DNA of 64,000 nt from Entomortierella parvispora E1425 (lineage: Eukaryota; Fungi; Mortierellomycota), in NCBI GenBank assembly GCA_020891255.1, contig BQFW01000002.1, positions 3,472,001-3,536,000 on the forward strand, read 5' to 3'. Positions 46,905 through 60,116 of the stretch are shown here, one piece after another (the stretch's first letter is position 1; every line of letters begins with the position of its first letter). A program made the translations under genes and the position numbers. The notes below the pieces were generated by a model. The model worked only from the letters and a program-made list of their open reading frames with translations. It searched no databases and was not told the origin of the DNA.

Positions 46905-49764
46905 GCAAAACGAAATATACCCCCCAACTCTCCCAAAGGACAAATACAAAAGCTGGGCACCAAATTAAAGAGCAGGTTGTTTTGTTGGACAGAGAGAAAG
47001 CTAAAAAGTTCAGGGGCTAACTTCGGTTGGGGTGCAAGGGTGTGAGGTCAGCGCGTTGGGGCCAACGTTGATGTGGAGCTGCATCGGCGACGGGCCTCTC
47101 TGGCGTGGAGCCGAGAGTGAGCCAAGCAAAGATCGGGAGGACACAAAAAAATTTAGGAGGCACAGATGCGCTCAAGTGCCACGGCGTACCGTACGAAAGA
47201 TGAATGTTTAGCAAATCAGTCCTGTTCATGATTGTCCAGCGTCGCTTCCCTTCCCTTTCGTTTCGGATGAGCACGTCCGTCGAGCTCCTTTATAGCCTGG
47301 CGTTGCATGAGGCGGACAGCTTGAGTGTCTACGTCAAGGGAGGACACAGAGAGAGAAGAGGGGAGTGACTGTGTGCGAGAGAGTGAGAGAGAGAAAAAAA
47401 GAAAGAGCCGAAATCATGTTTTTTTATTTTTTTTTTCTGTCGCTCTGTGTTCTCTCGATCGATTGACGTTGTGAATGTTCTTGTATTCTCAGTCCGCTCA
47501 TTTCTCTTTCTTTTCTCTTTTCCTTCTTTCCCCCCTTGCTCTCCTAACCTCTCATTCTTTCCACCATTCTTATTAATCATTTGCCGCTCGCGCTTCTTAT
47601 TTTCCTGACCACCAGTTGATCTTTCTACACCACCTATTGCCACAATTCCAAGGTTTCGCCACAATCTTTGTTATCCTGAACTCGTAAGCCAGCGAGGGGC
47701 GAAAGGGATCACATATACCGTTTTTGATATCCGGATTGGAACATGGGTAAGGGATTCATTGTTCTAATTCCTTTGAACTTTGAGAGGATCGTTGTTCTAG
47801 GATTTAAGAATTGTGGGTTTTCCGGTGGGAAAAGAGGCAGGAGACGGGGTCGATTCATAATTTTATGGCGTACTTTCGGATACAGAATTAAGAACGGAGG
47901 AAGGAAAAAAAGGGAAAGAGCTTGGCCTGGACATGAGGTAACAGGAGACGCAGGAGAGGAGGGGTGTTTATTTTTTTGAGTTCTTGGAGGTGGTATCTCT
48001 CCGCAGAAAAAAAAAGAGAGAAAATGAAGGATGGAAGATCGGGATGGTCTTTAACAAACATGACCTCAACAAGAAAAAGCCCAAGTGTATAAAGAACCGG
48101 CCCAGGAAAGAGAAAAAAAGAAAAGGAAGAGAAGCCAATTGCCAGTAGTCCCGGATATTGTTGGACCAGATCATCAGGGTCCCATCCCCACCTCCCTCTC
48201 TCTCCCTCCATCCTTCAGTCCCCCGCTTCTCTCCCTCTTCCTTCCTCTACATCGACTCCGTTTCCTTGTCTCTCGTGCCTTTTTTTTCTTTTAATTTTGT
48301 GTTAAGCCAGCAATTGCTTCTATCCTCCCCCTCTGTCTCCTCCAACTCAAGTTGCTTTTGATTGCATTAACACGTTATCTTTCCAAACTTTCATTTTTCA
48401 CGAACAGGACGCGTTTTTCTCATCAACCAAGGTAAAAAAATCCGACTGGTGCCTCCATGGGTCTGCTCCCCGAGGCCGTGTCTATGCACGTGTCAAAGAT
48501 GGATGAATACAATGGCAATGGGCCATTCCAGGGCATTTGTCCATTGCACCATTGCATTCCTTTCGTCTTTGCCATTCAGGACGGCTGCTTGGTGGGCAAA
48601 ATACAACAAAAAAAAGGGCGGGGTTTAGACCAGATGCACAATTGCGATCATCTTGTGTATCGGGCAAATGGACCAGGACGCGGCGTTTTTTTATTCTTTT
48701 TTCTTTGGTTGTCCAAAACGAATGGTGGTGCAAAATCAGAAGAATGATGTTCGTGTTGGAATAGTGCGAGCCGCTCGGACTGGTTCGCGCATCTGCGCGC
48801 TTTGGCGTCCACTCTCTCGTGCTGCTCACAGACGCTCTCGCCCTTTCTCTCCTTCAGTTGCTGATGAGATGGAGGGTTGCAAGAAGAGAGGGAGTACAGC
48901 GCTAGTCCAACCACAATTGCACAAAGAGCGAGTGAATGCATGATCACCCAATGGTGCATGGTATTTTTGTATTTTATTCTGTTCTGTTGTTTTTGTGACA
49001 GCATGCTGACACGGCATGGTTGGAGCGGTGAGCAAGGCACAACAGTAAAACAGCAAACAGATGTCGACACAACTCAGTTCCACAGTTTCATCCTTGTTCA
49101 GAAGCACAACCCCATCCCATCGCTCGCGTTGACCACACACCCCACCTAGAGTCCTCTTGAACACAACAAACATTTTCGAGAGTCCAAGCCTGATGATGCA
49201 TGGATTGCCCATTTCATTCCTGTCGAAATATGTCGGATCCACCCCATTCAGTGGTTCGTTCGTTCATTCGCAATGAAGGTTCAGGACAGGGTGATGCCCT
49301 TTCCTTTTCATATACACACACACACACACACACATCTGATCTTCTCTCACCCCGTTTCTTACTCCTGCCGCAAGTCCTGTCCTGTCCCTTTCTGCCTTTG
49401 ACGTTGCATTGCCGATACATTTTTGATGCATGCGTGCATACATCTGTCGTTGTTTTTCTTTTCATGAGCGTGAAATGACAGATCTCGCTCGCTCTCTGTC
49501 TCACGCTTCTCTCCGATGGTTCAGATATAAGCTCTCCACGATGGGTGAGATCTCCTTCATTTTTTTTTCCAAGGGCACAAGTGTGGTTGCGACTCTGTGG
49601 TGTCAACACGTCGCCTGCAGCATGCAGCCTGCAGGCCCTCCACTCGCTCTGTATGGCTCCATGAAAGAAACCACTCCAGATGCACAAAAAAAGGGCGCGA
49701 AAGAACCTTCTCTCCCCTTCGTTGGATCTCCCCTCTCTTTCTCGCTTTCGGTCGGTCTCCTCTT

Positions 49765-49902
49765 TCTCTCTCTCTCTCTCGCTCTCTTTTCTCTCTCCCT
49801 CTCTCGCTCTCACTCTCGCGCTCTCTCTCTCTCTCGCTCTCTTTTCTCTCTCCCTCTCTCGCTCTCACTCTCGCGCTCTCTCTCTCTCTCTCTCTCTCTC
49901 TG
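49765..49902. repeat. Compound (CT)n microsatellite with an internal duplicated unit
   Basis: Block CTCTCTCTCGCTCTCTTTTCTCTCTCCCTCTCTCGCTCTCACTCTCGCGCTCTCT occurs twice in tandem, in the region upstream of the RasGEF gene. Confidence 0.85.
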
Positions 49903-50697
49903 TCTTGCGACCGTTGTCGGTTGTGGTTCAAACAGAAGAGAGCATTCACTGCGTTCGACTCCATGCCATTCCTTATATCACCTTGTGGCACCATGGTCGG
50001 TTTGAGTTGCATCTCTTTATGATCGCTGTTCTCTCTCTTTCAATGGTTCGCGAGAAGTCAGAGGGCACGTACTGCATACATACACGCTCTATCCACTCTC
50101 AATCCTCTGCGGGGGTTGTGATGCTGGCTCCTCTTGGTACGATTGACAAAACTCCTGTCCTTGTCACTGCAGAAACAGCACGCGCTTCTTCCTTGAGCTC
50201 CGCCACTTGTCCGTTGAGTTTTTGCATTGCATTGTGAATCGTTTTCGCTTTGATCTCTATTTCTCTCTTTTCTTGTCCCTCTGCAACGAGATGACAACTT
50301 AATCTGCCGCCCTTTTTTTTCCGCAGGGTCGTTACCCCCCCCCCCCCTGTTCCCTATTTTCTGTTTTCAGTTCCCATCCACCCCTCAAAGCTGAGTTTTG
50401 CCTCCCCCTTTTTCTGTTTCTCAACTGTCCGATTCAGATTCAAGGAGGAAAAGGCAAGAGAGAATTTACCCAAGGGCAACGATATTCATATTTCCTGTTT
50501 TTTCAATTTTTCAATTTTTCTCTCTGGCATAGCACCAAAGCCAACCAAAAAGTGAGGAAAATACAAGCTGCATTGGCTTGTACCCTGCAACAAAACCCTG
50601 CAAACCACGTAAACACAAAAGCGCAAACAACAATACTTCAGGAAGTCGCACCGTGTTATCGAGTTAGGACGACTCTCTTTCTCCGACTCTTTGTCGA

Positions 50698-53600
50698 ATG
50701 CCCTCCCTCCTGGCCAATTTGGGCAACAAACTCCTCGCCCGGTCCCGACGACGCCGAGCCAGAACCATGGCCATGGACCCACAAAGCGACCCTCCACCAG
50801 AGTCAATTGGAGCAATTGCACCAGAGCTGGCAACACCTACGAGCACCCCTTCTTTGTCCTCGATGCCGTTCCCACCGCAACACTTCTCAGAGTCCTCCCT
50901 ATCTTCTTCTTCCTCTTCCTCCACTTCTGCCTCCATCCCACAGTTGCTTCAGTCTGTCAGCCCCACGGAAGAGGCATCGGCAGCACAACCCCCTCAGATA
51001 TCCCTGTCTGCAAACTCTTCTGTCTCTTCCTTCTCCTCATCTCCTCCCCCAGACAGACCCCCACCTCCCCCTCCACGTCCTCTCTTCTCATCAGTCGCCT
51101 TCTTGGCCTTGGCCTCTCCTTCCTCCCCTATTCCTCAACCAAACCCCTCTATTGACACGACCGTCTCGCCTTCTTTTCCCTCTGCTCCAGCATCCCAACC
51201 CACCACACCCGTCTCATTGATTTCATCAGCCACAGTCAGCAAAGGCTTTTCTCCTGTCGAGGAGTCGCAAACAGTCTCGTCTTCTTTCTCGGTTTCTATA
51301 CCATCTTTCCCCTTCAAGTCCAGACGAACGCGCCAGACTAAACTTCCCACTCCTCAGACACTCTCGCCTGTCGTACCGGCGGCCCCGTCGTCGACAGAAG
51401 AGTCCACCTCGGCCCCGACCCGCAAAAGAACATTTCTCGCGTTCCGGGTCAGGAAGAAGAAGGCGGCCAAACAAGCAGACCTGCCACCTGCCACACCAAC
51501 ACGCACGCGCCTCTCGTTGCATGCACCATCGAATTCACATTCGCCTCTCCCTTCTCATTTACATTCATCCATCCCTTCCCATTCCCAGCCCCATTCACCA
51601 AAGACCCGTGGCCCCACCTCTCCTTCCACGCAAATAGTCACCCAGTCTTCTATCTCGCACTTTTCAGCCAACTCTTTTAAAACTTCGATCCGATCACACA
51701 CTACCAATCTCTTCTCTTTCAAACGGTTCCGCCGTGCCCCACGTCCTTCCTTTTCTTCAGAGAAGGATCCCAGAACCGACCGCTACCACTTTCCTGTTGA
51801 TCAGCAGCAACAGCAGCAGCACCATCAACAGCAGCAGCAGCAGCCACCACAGCAAAGGAGGAAAATAAGTCTTCGGGATCCAAAACGACCCACGGTCGAT
51901 CAGGACGTCGAGATGCAAAAAGTCGAATACATGTCTGAGCTGTACAGCGGGTCCATGACTTCGTTCGACATGGCCCCGGGAGCTGCTCGGGGTGGGGGAG
52001 GGGAAGAAGAAGAGGAAGTTTACGCTACCAGCACCTCGGCTCCTTCTCCACATCTCCAGACAATGTCCTCCAAGAGACTGAGACCACCTTTGGCAGAGAT
52101 CTCGATTGCACAGGTTCATCCTCTTTCCCCCTCCCCTGCCTCCACAACAATGTCGACGATCGAGGATGTGTCCTGCAGCAACGGTGGAGGCACTATTTAC
52201 AACCGTCCTGCCCTAATTCTGCACAACAGTAATAGCTATCCCTCCAACGGTGGCCACATCGCTCATGCCGTCGACAACACCAAGAACCACAACTTCATCC
52301 CTACCAGCAACGGTGGCAACGGCAACGTCCACACCAGTTATTCATTTAATGCAACGCCTGCTGGCGCTTCCTCTGCCGCAGTCTCGACCCCTCTTCCCGG
52401 CCTCCTTGTCAACAATATCAAAAACAAAAACAACAAAAGCAGCGACAACAACGGGAGTATTCACTACAGCATTGACACCTGTAACACTATTAATACGTAC
52501 AACAGCAACAGTAACAACAGCAATACCACCACCCCTGCCAACAACATTCAACTTAATAGCAACACCGAGCGAGTCCGCCTTGCGGCCTCTGCAGAGTCTG
52601 AAGCAGAAGACCATGTGTCTTCCGCCCATCATTCTTCCGCACGGTCAATAGCAGGATCAACCCCTCGTCAGGGCCGAAAACGCACGGCTCCCCGCGTCCA
52701 GTTGTCCAAAGATGCCAAACACATCAAGATGCGCATCCGCAAGCTCTGGCAAGACCCCCGGCTTCCCGAACATCATCAGGAAAGACGGGATCCAAAGGTA
52801 TCGGGTTTGTGCTCATTTCGCTCAGTTAGAGTTTTTTTTTTTACCCCTGAATTGTCTTCCTTTATTAGTCTGTGTCCTCTTCTCCGCACCCTTTGCACAA
52901 CTGATCGAGCATTGGGCATTGGGGCATTGGGCACTGGGCACTGGGCATTGAGGTCGAGCCTTTTAGATCAGATGAACAGATCTCATGAACTCTGTGGGCT
53001 TTGGGAAGGCATCTTTTTTCGAAGGCAATTGCCATGCATGCATGCATGGTGGTGATTTCTTTTTTTTTATGCGCGATTGAGCCGACTTGGGGGGTTGGGC
53101 GTGCGGGCTGCCCGATATGTTGTCGCTTTGAACTGCCTTGCTTTGGTAATACAAGGCAGATGGTCATCATTAACCTAACCGTCGTCTTTTTCTTCTTTGT
53201 CCTTCCTTTCAATTTGTTTTTCTTGATTGGATTGGCCAACGGCAACAACCAACCTTCTCGTGATCATTGGCATCAGAACCAGTACATTCTGCTAGAGGAA
53301 GCTTTAACGGGCATCTTGCAAATCGTGCCCCCTATCATCCAAAATGCCCGGTCTTCTTCCAGTCATCCAATTGGTCCAAGTGCTCTCCCTCCCTCAGTCC
53401 ATCCAGTGCAGTTATCGGACGTGATGGAGGTCGTTGAAGATCAAAAGCCCTCCTCCATATCATATGCTCCTTCGGTGGCCCAAGCGACTGAAGCCTCGGC
53501 GTTGACGACCCCTTTATCCCTGGCCTCGCTCTCATCCATCGGCCCTGGTGCGATTCGGCCGCACTCCGGCAGTGCAATTCAAGGAGGCAGTGGGTCCACG

Positions 53601-56600
53601 CCGACGACGCCCATCCGTCATTCTCACACGCGCGCTCGGACCACCTCTGCGAACTCAACGTCGACGATCAGTGCGACACGCTATCAAATTGCCACGAACA
53701 TGCTTCAACCGCCCGAGCCCGAGCTCACGGACGTGACCCAGTCCGCCATTCGGCCTATGACTAATATGGCTGGTGCTTCCCTCCTGGGCGAGCCTTCTCT
53801 CATCACTATCATGGCCTCCGCAGCCGCAGCCTCTTCTTCGTCTTCCAATGCTGTTGGTGGTATGAGTAGCGGAGGTGCTTTTCCTGCTTCGGCCTCTACA
53901 GTAGACTCTCTCAATCTCACGGACCATCGCCACCACGTCTGGGATAGCAACGAGATATTAATTGCGAAACTTTCGTCGCTCTGCAACACTCTCAAGAGCG
54001 CGATCCGGACCCTGTGTGAACAGCAAAATGAAAAGGTACTGCGTTTTGACGACTTCATGATCATGAGCTTGCTGAAGCGCTGGGAGCAAGATGCAGCGGC
54101 CGCTGCAGAGGCGGGCAAAGACGAGGATGACAATGATTCGAATGTGGCTACATCCGCGGCCATGGCAGGGGCAGCCGAGACTGGTCGTCTTGGGAATCTA
54201 CCGAACAAAGGAAGCACCACCTCACTTGTGAGCCTAGGCGCAACGAACGCGTTGGAGAACTATCAACAATTGGTGGCCAGGGTTTGGGAAGAGACAGACG
54301 TGATCTTGGCTTGTATCCGCAAGATCAGGGATTTGGTCGAATTTGGTAGAGTACATCATTACAGCGACTTTGACGACGATGACTCGGAGGAGGACGCCGT
54401 CGAGAAGGATGAAATGGCTAGAAAAGTAAGTATGATCTTTTCGCATCTCAGCACCATCCGACACATATCATTTCAAGCTTGTTTTAACCCTGATGCTCTA
54501 TTTTTTTTGCGTGCTTCCTTCTGTAACAGGGTCTCTACTCGACCCTGTTTGCGCATGCCGAAAGGCTGGTCACGACGCTGGGAGAGTTTCTAGAATGTGC
54601 TTCTGGGATATTGCGACTAGTCGGGACCATCAAGAAGCACCAGCGGGCGAGCTTGAAGGGTGAAAAGAGACCACATGAGCGGGATCAGCTTCCTGCCGCT
54701 ACTTCCCCTCCTTCTGCATCCCCCTCCTCCTCTTCCTCCTCTTCTCCCGCGGTTGGACCTTACAGCGGACTCTTTCTCTCATCCCCCGCCAATCAACCCT
54801 CGTCCATGGCTGGATTTATGGGAGAGGAGCCTCGACCTATCAAGCATCTGGATCCAGCGCTGACTCGCAAATTGAAGCGCAAGACACCACGACTCAAGGC
54901 CATTACAGACAAGGTCAGGAAAAAAGTCTCTGACCTCAAGAAAAAGTCGACCAACTCCATCTTGACCATTTTCCCTCCTCTGGGCGATGGCACCAACGAC
55001 GGTTTTCATTGGGATTCCTATTCGGATGGCGACTATGAATCCGAAGAGTGGATCGCGTCCGAGATGGCCAGTTCCAACTGGGGCTTAGGGACAGGTGACT
55101 CTGGTGGTGGTCAGGACTATGGTCGATTGCAACCCACACCACCCGTCAGTCCAGAGATGCGAACAGAAGGAGCAGGGTATTTCCACGGAGGAGCATCACC
55201 GCCACCCCAACAACAACAGAAACAAAAGAAACACAGGCGAGTAGGCTCCAAGGACTCGCTGTCATCTCCTTCTGCAGGAAGGGGAGATCAGTACTGGCCA
55301 GGGTCTACTCCAATCGTGGAAGGCGGTTCCTCTGTAGCTTTGGCAGAAGAAGGATTCAGCAGTGCCGTCAGAAACCTGACGCCGACATCTGCCTTTTCGC
55401 TCACGCCGCCCCCTGGCCTTGGATCGAGACCTTCACTCCTCCGGACAGGCTCTCAGGATATGCCAATGTCAAGGAGCATGAGCTCTGACAAGAGAGTAGA
55501 AACCCTTGGGGCTGGATCTTCGACGGCTGCACCTCCAGTGGCTCTAGGGGCTGCTGGAGACACGTCATCCATGTCATTTGCGGCCAAACAATCCCTGGAC
55601 TCGGTCAGGGAAGTGCCATTGCCAGCACCGGTGCCTCGATCATCTGTATATCTGGCGAGCTCTCTTCCAGATTACTCTCAGCCTTTGAGGCCGCCACCAA
55701 AGGCGACAACGGATGGGGGTGAGAAGCGACAGTCATTCTTGTTCCGTCGCAGAAGTTCACAGGTAAAGGAAGAAAGCAGCCTTCTCTCCATCACACTATT
55801 ATGCATGCATCTTTCTAACTGTCCATATTCCCTTTCCTATGGCCATCATCAGACTCCAGCTTTTACAGGGACCAGCATCTCCTCACCAATCCCTGTGACC
55901 TCACGACCCTTCTCTGTGCATTCGTCTGGTTCCGAGACTCAAAGCAACAGTGCAACATCACCGACAACACCCTCCCGGAACAATTATAGGGCCCGTCCGC
56001 CTAAACCACCGGGCCCTGTCAGTGTCGGTGGTTCTACCGCCTTGCCTCCTTTGCCACCCTCGCCAACGCACTCGTACTTCAAGGCAGACGAGCTGATTCA
56101 AGAGTCTTCCATTTTCAGAGATGCAGCGGCAGACCGGAGTAACTCTTATCTGGCCTCCAGAAGCGTGTCGCCTTTGCAGACCACACCTTTGATCTTGGAC
56201 TCGCCTTTTACTCGACAAACCAGTATCCGGATGGGTCATGACCGGAACCGATATTCTATCCGGATGCCAGCCGATGATGTTGCAGGCGTAGTCGGCTTGG
56301 GCGTCACTGGTGCTGATTCCAGTCCTCATTCAAGTCCAAGTGCCTATTCGACCCCAAGTCCATCCAGCCTGAGTTTCTCGTCTGCGTTCTGGAGACGAAG
56401 GAGTTTTAATGACTCGTTGGAAAAGAGCTGGCAAGCTTTCAAACGGGAGTCTGTCTTGTCAGAGCATTCAATCCAGTCTGCCGCTTCCTCCAATCACTCT
56501 CAGCCACCATCTGGAGACCATAATGGCAGTGGAAGCGGCGGTGGCAGCGGCAGCGGCAGTAACAACAGCCATCGGCCATCATCAGTGCGACTGACGTCCT

Positions 56601-59600
56601 TTGAGTTTTTGATCCCGTTTTTTTCAAGGGAGAATAGTCATGCCGGCTCGCTAAAGTCCTTCTCGTCCCGTAAATCCCGAGCCACAGGGTCAGCCATTGC
56701 AGTCAATACTGCGGGCCTCCTTTCCACCTCTTCTGGATCTGCGGCCACGTCTCCCGTATCGTTGTCACCTTCGCTGTCGAGACCTCAAATGTTGATGATG
56801 GACAAGGCAAACCGAAGGCATTCGAGTCCGCTACTGACGTCGACGGAAGAAAAGATGCTGGTGGAGGCCTTGGCGATATCCGCATCGCCACAGCACAGTC
56901 CGAGGCAAGAAGGTTCAGATCAGCCAAGCCCTTCATCGAGTTCGGCCAGGAGGAATTCGATCTTGAGCAGGATGCCGATCGTTGACGAAAACTCTTTGCT
57001 CTCTGCGGCAGTGGCACAACGTCGGCTTCAAGACCAACAAGAGGTGGACTCAAAACGACCCGAACTCCCCTCGGCAACATCATCTTCTCTGTTCACCTAT
57101 TATAGTGCACAGACTAAAGGGATTCATCCCCTGGCCCCCGCCACCGCCACATCTGAAGTGGATAGCTCCCAGCCAAAGATGCTCCACATTGAGAAGAGAC
57201 CTAGACTCATCCAGCAGACGAGTTTCCAGCAAGACAGTGCCGGACGAACGTTGCTCAGCAAGGGAAAAGAGGTCGTTTCTTCTCAGCAGGGTAAGGGCGA
57301 CTCTTCTGCACCCGCAGAGTCGAAGCGTCCTGTCTCTGGCTCTCGATTTAGTGATATGAAAAAAGCATGGGAGATTCTCAGTGTAGATGTCAAGCGCCTC
57401 AACCAGTACTCTCACCTGCGAGCGTATGCAAAGACCTACAGTAAGCCATCCAGTACTTCTGTCGGATCAAATCGTGAGGACGTAAGTCAAAGGACTATAT
57501 TCTAATGTTTTCATTTATAGATCCACAAACAAATCAATGGGCGCACAGTCAACCCCCCAGTGCCGCCAAGAGCACGACATCCCCTCAAGTGCTGAACTTT
57601 GGAGAGAATGGAGTGGATGTCTTGGTCATGGAGATTGTGAATGGAGAGCATTTGCAGGTCGTTGCAGGTCTCTTGGAGAAGCTGATCGAGCGATTGGCGG
57701 ACGAAAATGTGCAGGATGGAGAGTACGTGAGCTGTTTTGTGCTCTCTCATGCGTTCTTTATTGACTCTGAAGATCTCCTTGCGCGATTGATGGCCCGGTT
57801 CCACATCCAACCCCGTCAAGGCGAGATTTTGTATTTTGAAAAGTGGCAGACGGTCATTCAAGTCAAGTAAGTGCCTTGAGTGCCTTGTGAATTTTTGGAA
57901 ATGAAAATGATCAGAATTGTACTAAGTGTTTGTTCCTGCTATAGAATCCTTTGTGTTTTGCAACGATGGGTTCAGATCCAGTACGAGGACTTTGAGCTCA
58001 ACCAAAGTCTACTCAAGACCCTCAAATCGTTTCTCGAGTTTGATGTTCGCGCTGCTGGTTTTAGATTGGAAGCAGAGTTCATAGAGCAGAACCTCTTTGC
58101 TAGAGTAAGAAACTTTCAACTCATCTGAAGACGCTCTCAGTGGAGTAACGATGACTGATCCTGTGCTTGCTTATCTTCAATCATAGTCCCTCTCCCCCAT
58201 CAAAAACTGCAGTGTTATCATGGAGCAGGGTCTGTTTTGCCTACAGCGATCAAGGACTCGAAAACTCAGCCTTACACGAGCCCAGAATCGTAGTGGTTCT
58301 GGAGGCCCTCTTGGCCAGCCATCTCCCACTTTCCCTCTAGAGACTTTCTCGCCTGCGCCTACTGAGCAGATGATTGAATATGGACCCACACCAGAGTTGG
58401 AGGCGGATTCGCCCATCAGGGAGCTTGATGCGCAAGATCTCGCACGGTACTTGACCCTGGCTGATATGAAGGCATTTAGGAGTATTACAGTGTTTGAACT
58501 AATGACAGGATGGTGGAAGCGGAGAAGAGCCCAGGAGAGTAAGAAGGAAGCAGCAGAGAAACGGGATTCAAAATCGCCCAAGACAGTCTTGATGAACGTG
58601 GATGCGGATGGAGATGGTACAATTGAGGCATTCACGCGCCGCGCGAATATGGTATGAGATTCTGACGAGATCATGTCGACCCCTGTGGATCAGGAAAAAT
58701 AGTTAGTTAACAACTTCTTTTGTTCTTCATCTGTGGCTACAGCTAAGTTACTGGGTAGCGCACGAGATCGTCAGCTGCAAGCAGCCCAAACACAGGAAAC
58801 AACTCATCCGGAAGTTCATCGAGGTTGCCATGGTATGAACCCGGTCTATTGCCATTTGAATCAATTACATCGAATGCCCAGGGAGACTAACGTTATGTTT
58901 CTTCATTTCATCGCCCATAGAAATGTCGCGAACTCAACAATCTCCACACGACAATGTTCATTGTATCTGCCCTTTCATCGACTCCTGTTACTCGTCTCTA
59001 CAAGACTTGGAAGGTAAACGATGAGGTCAGCATGGAGAATGGGCATCTCCTTTGTTCAGGGAAATTAACAGTGGTTTTGCTCTTTTTTTTCCGTTTATTT
59101 GATTCATTTGAATGCTAGCTTGTATCGCTAAGGGATAAAGAGACATTGAAGGGGTTGGAGATGCTCCTGGATCCGTCAAGCAATATGCGTCATTACCGCC
59201 AAGCAATCGCAGAAGCTACTGCCCCTACCATCCCTTTTCTGCGTAAGTTAATTTCTCTTCGAAACGAAAAAGTGTTTTTTTTTCTCTCTTTCATTTGTGG
59301 AAAATTCACATTGAACTCCAAAAAACAGCCATTTTGCTGAAGGACATCACTTTTATCCTGGATGGCAATCCGACCATGATCGCATCTCAAGCAAGCGTCA
59401 ATTCTACTCCCAGTCCTTCTGCAGCCAGAGGAGCAAGCTCGAACCCGGTGGCAAGCACCGCTACCCCCGGATCGGGATCCAGCAGCAAGTCCGGAGGTGC
59501 AATGCTGGTCAATTTCGACAAGTTTCGTCGCCTGACACAATATGTTGAGCATGCTGTCGACATGGCCAAATCAGTCGATTATTGGTTTGAGCCCCAACTC

Positions 59601-60116
59601 TTGCGCCAGGCTCGGGTGTTCAGGCCTTCCTCTCCCAGCAATGACAACGAGTCGCATCATGGATCGCTCCACGCACCCTCACCCCGGCCTCGAAGAAACA
59701 GTAACACCGGCTTGGGCGGCACCATCAGTGGGCTGGCGAGCAATGCAAGTACCCAAAACAACAACTCCAGGGGTGCATTAGATTACATTTCAGAGATTGT
59801 GGAGAGACGTCTGGTCAAGGCCTCAGGGTTATATGGGGCTCAGCAGCGAGTGGTCGAAGTCGAGTTTTCGACACGACCGAAACCTCCAACGAGTCTTTGG
59901 AAAGCGAGCATGGCGGGCATGACGGCCAGCGTCGGTGGAGGAAGCAGCAGCACGCAGGGAACAGGAGGTGCAGGAGGAGGCTATGGATTGGGAGGATTGG
60001 GAGGATCAGGTGGCGGCAGCTTGCACGGTGCAGGACAACAGGAGACTGTGATCCGCGCAGTGCAAGGCGAGGAAGAGTACTTGATGGGTCTAAGTCTTTT
60101 GTGCGAGTCGCATTAA
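50698..60116 (+). CDS. Very large Ras guanine-nucleotide exchange factor (REM + CDC25 domains), multi-exon
   Basis: Proposed exons: 50698-52797, 53277-54425, 54530-57440 (possible small intron near 55763-55858), 57521-57866, 57945-58104, 58187-58651, 58743-58832, 58921-59013, 59119-59242, 59329-60116. REM: VVAGLLEKLIERL...F..SEDLLARL. CDC25: LSYWVAHEIV, CRELNN, PTIPFLPILLKDITFILDGNP, VNFDKFR. Linking the long N-terminal exons to the GEF exons rests on splice-phase fit. Confidence 0.82.
52909..52950. repeat. Heptamer tandem repeat (GCAYTGG)x~6 in a long RasGEF intron
   Basis: gcattgggcattggggcattgggcactgggcactgggcattg. Confidence 0.8.

Noticed and set aside
49951-49962. B-box-like GCGTTCGACTCC
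   Set aside because: One mismatch, no A box at the proper distance and no cloverleaf; expected by chance in 64 kb.
49214-50237. Overlapping 140-200 aa ORFs (ER/SL repeats)
   Set aside because: Translations of the CT/GA microsatellite, not protein-like.
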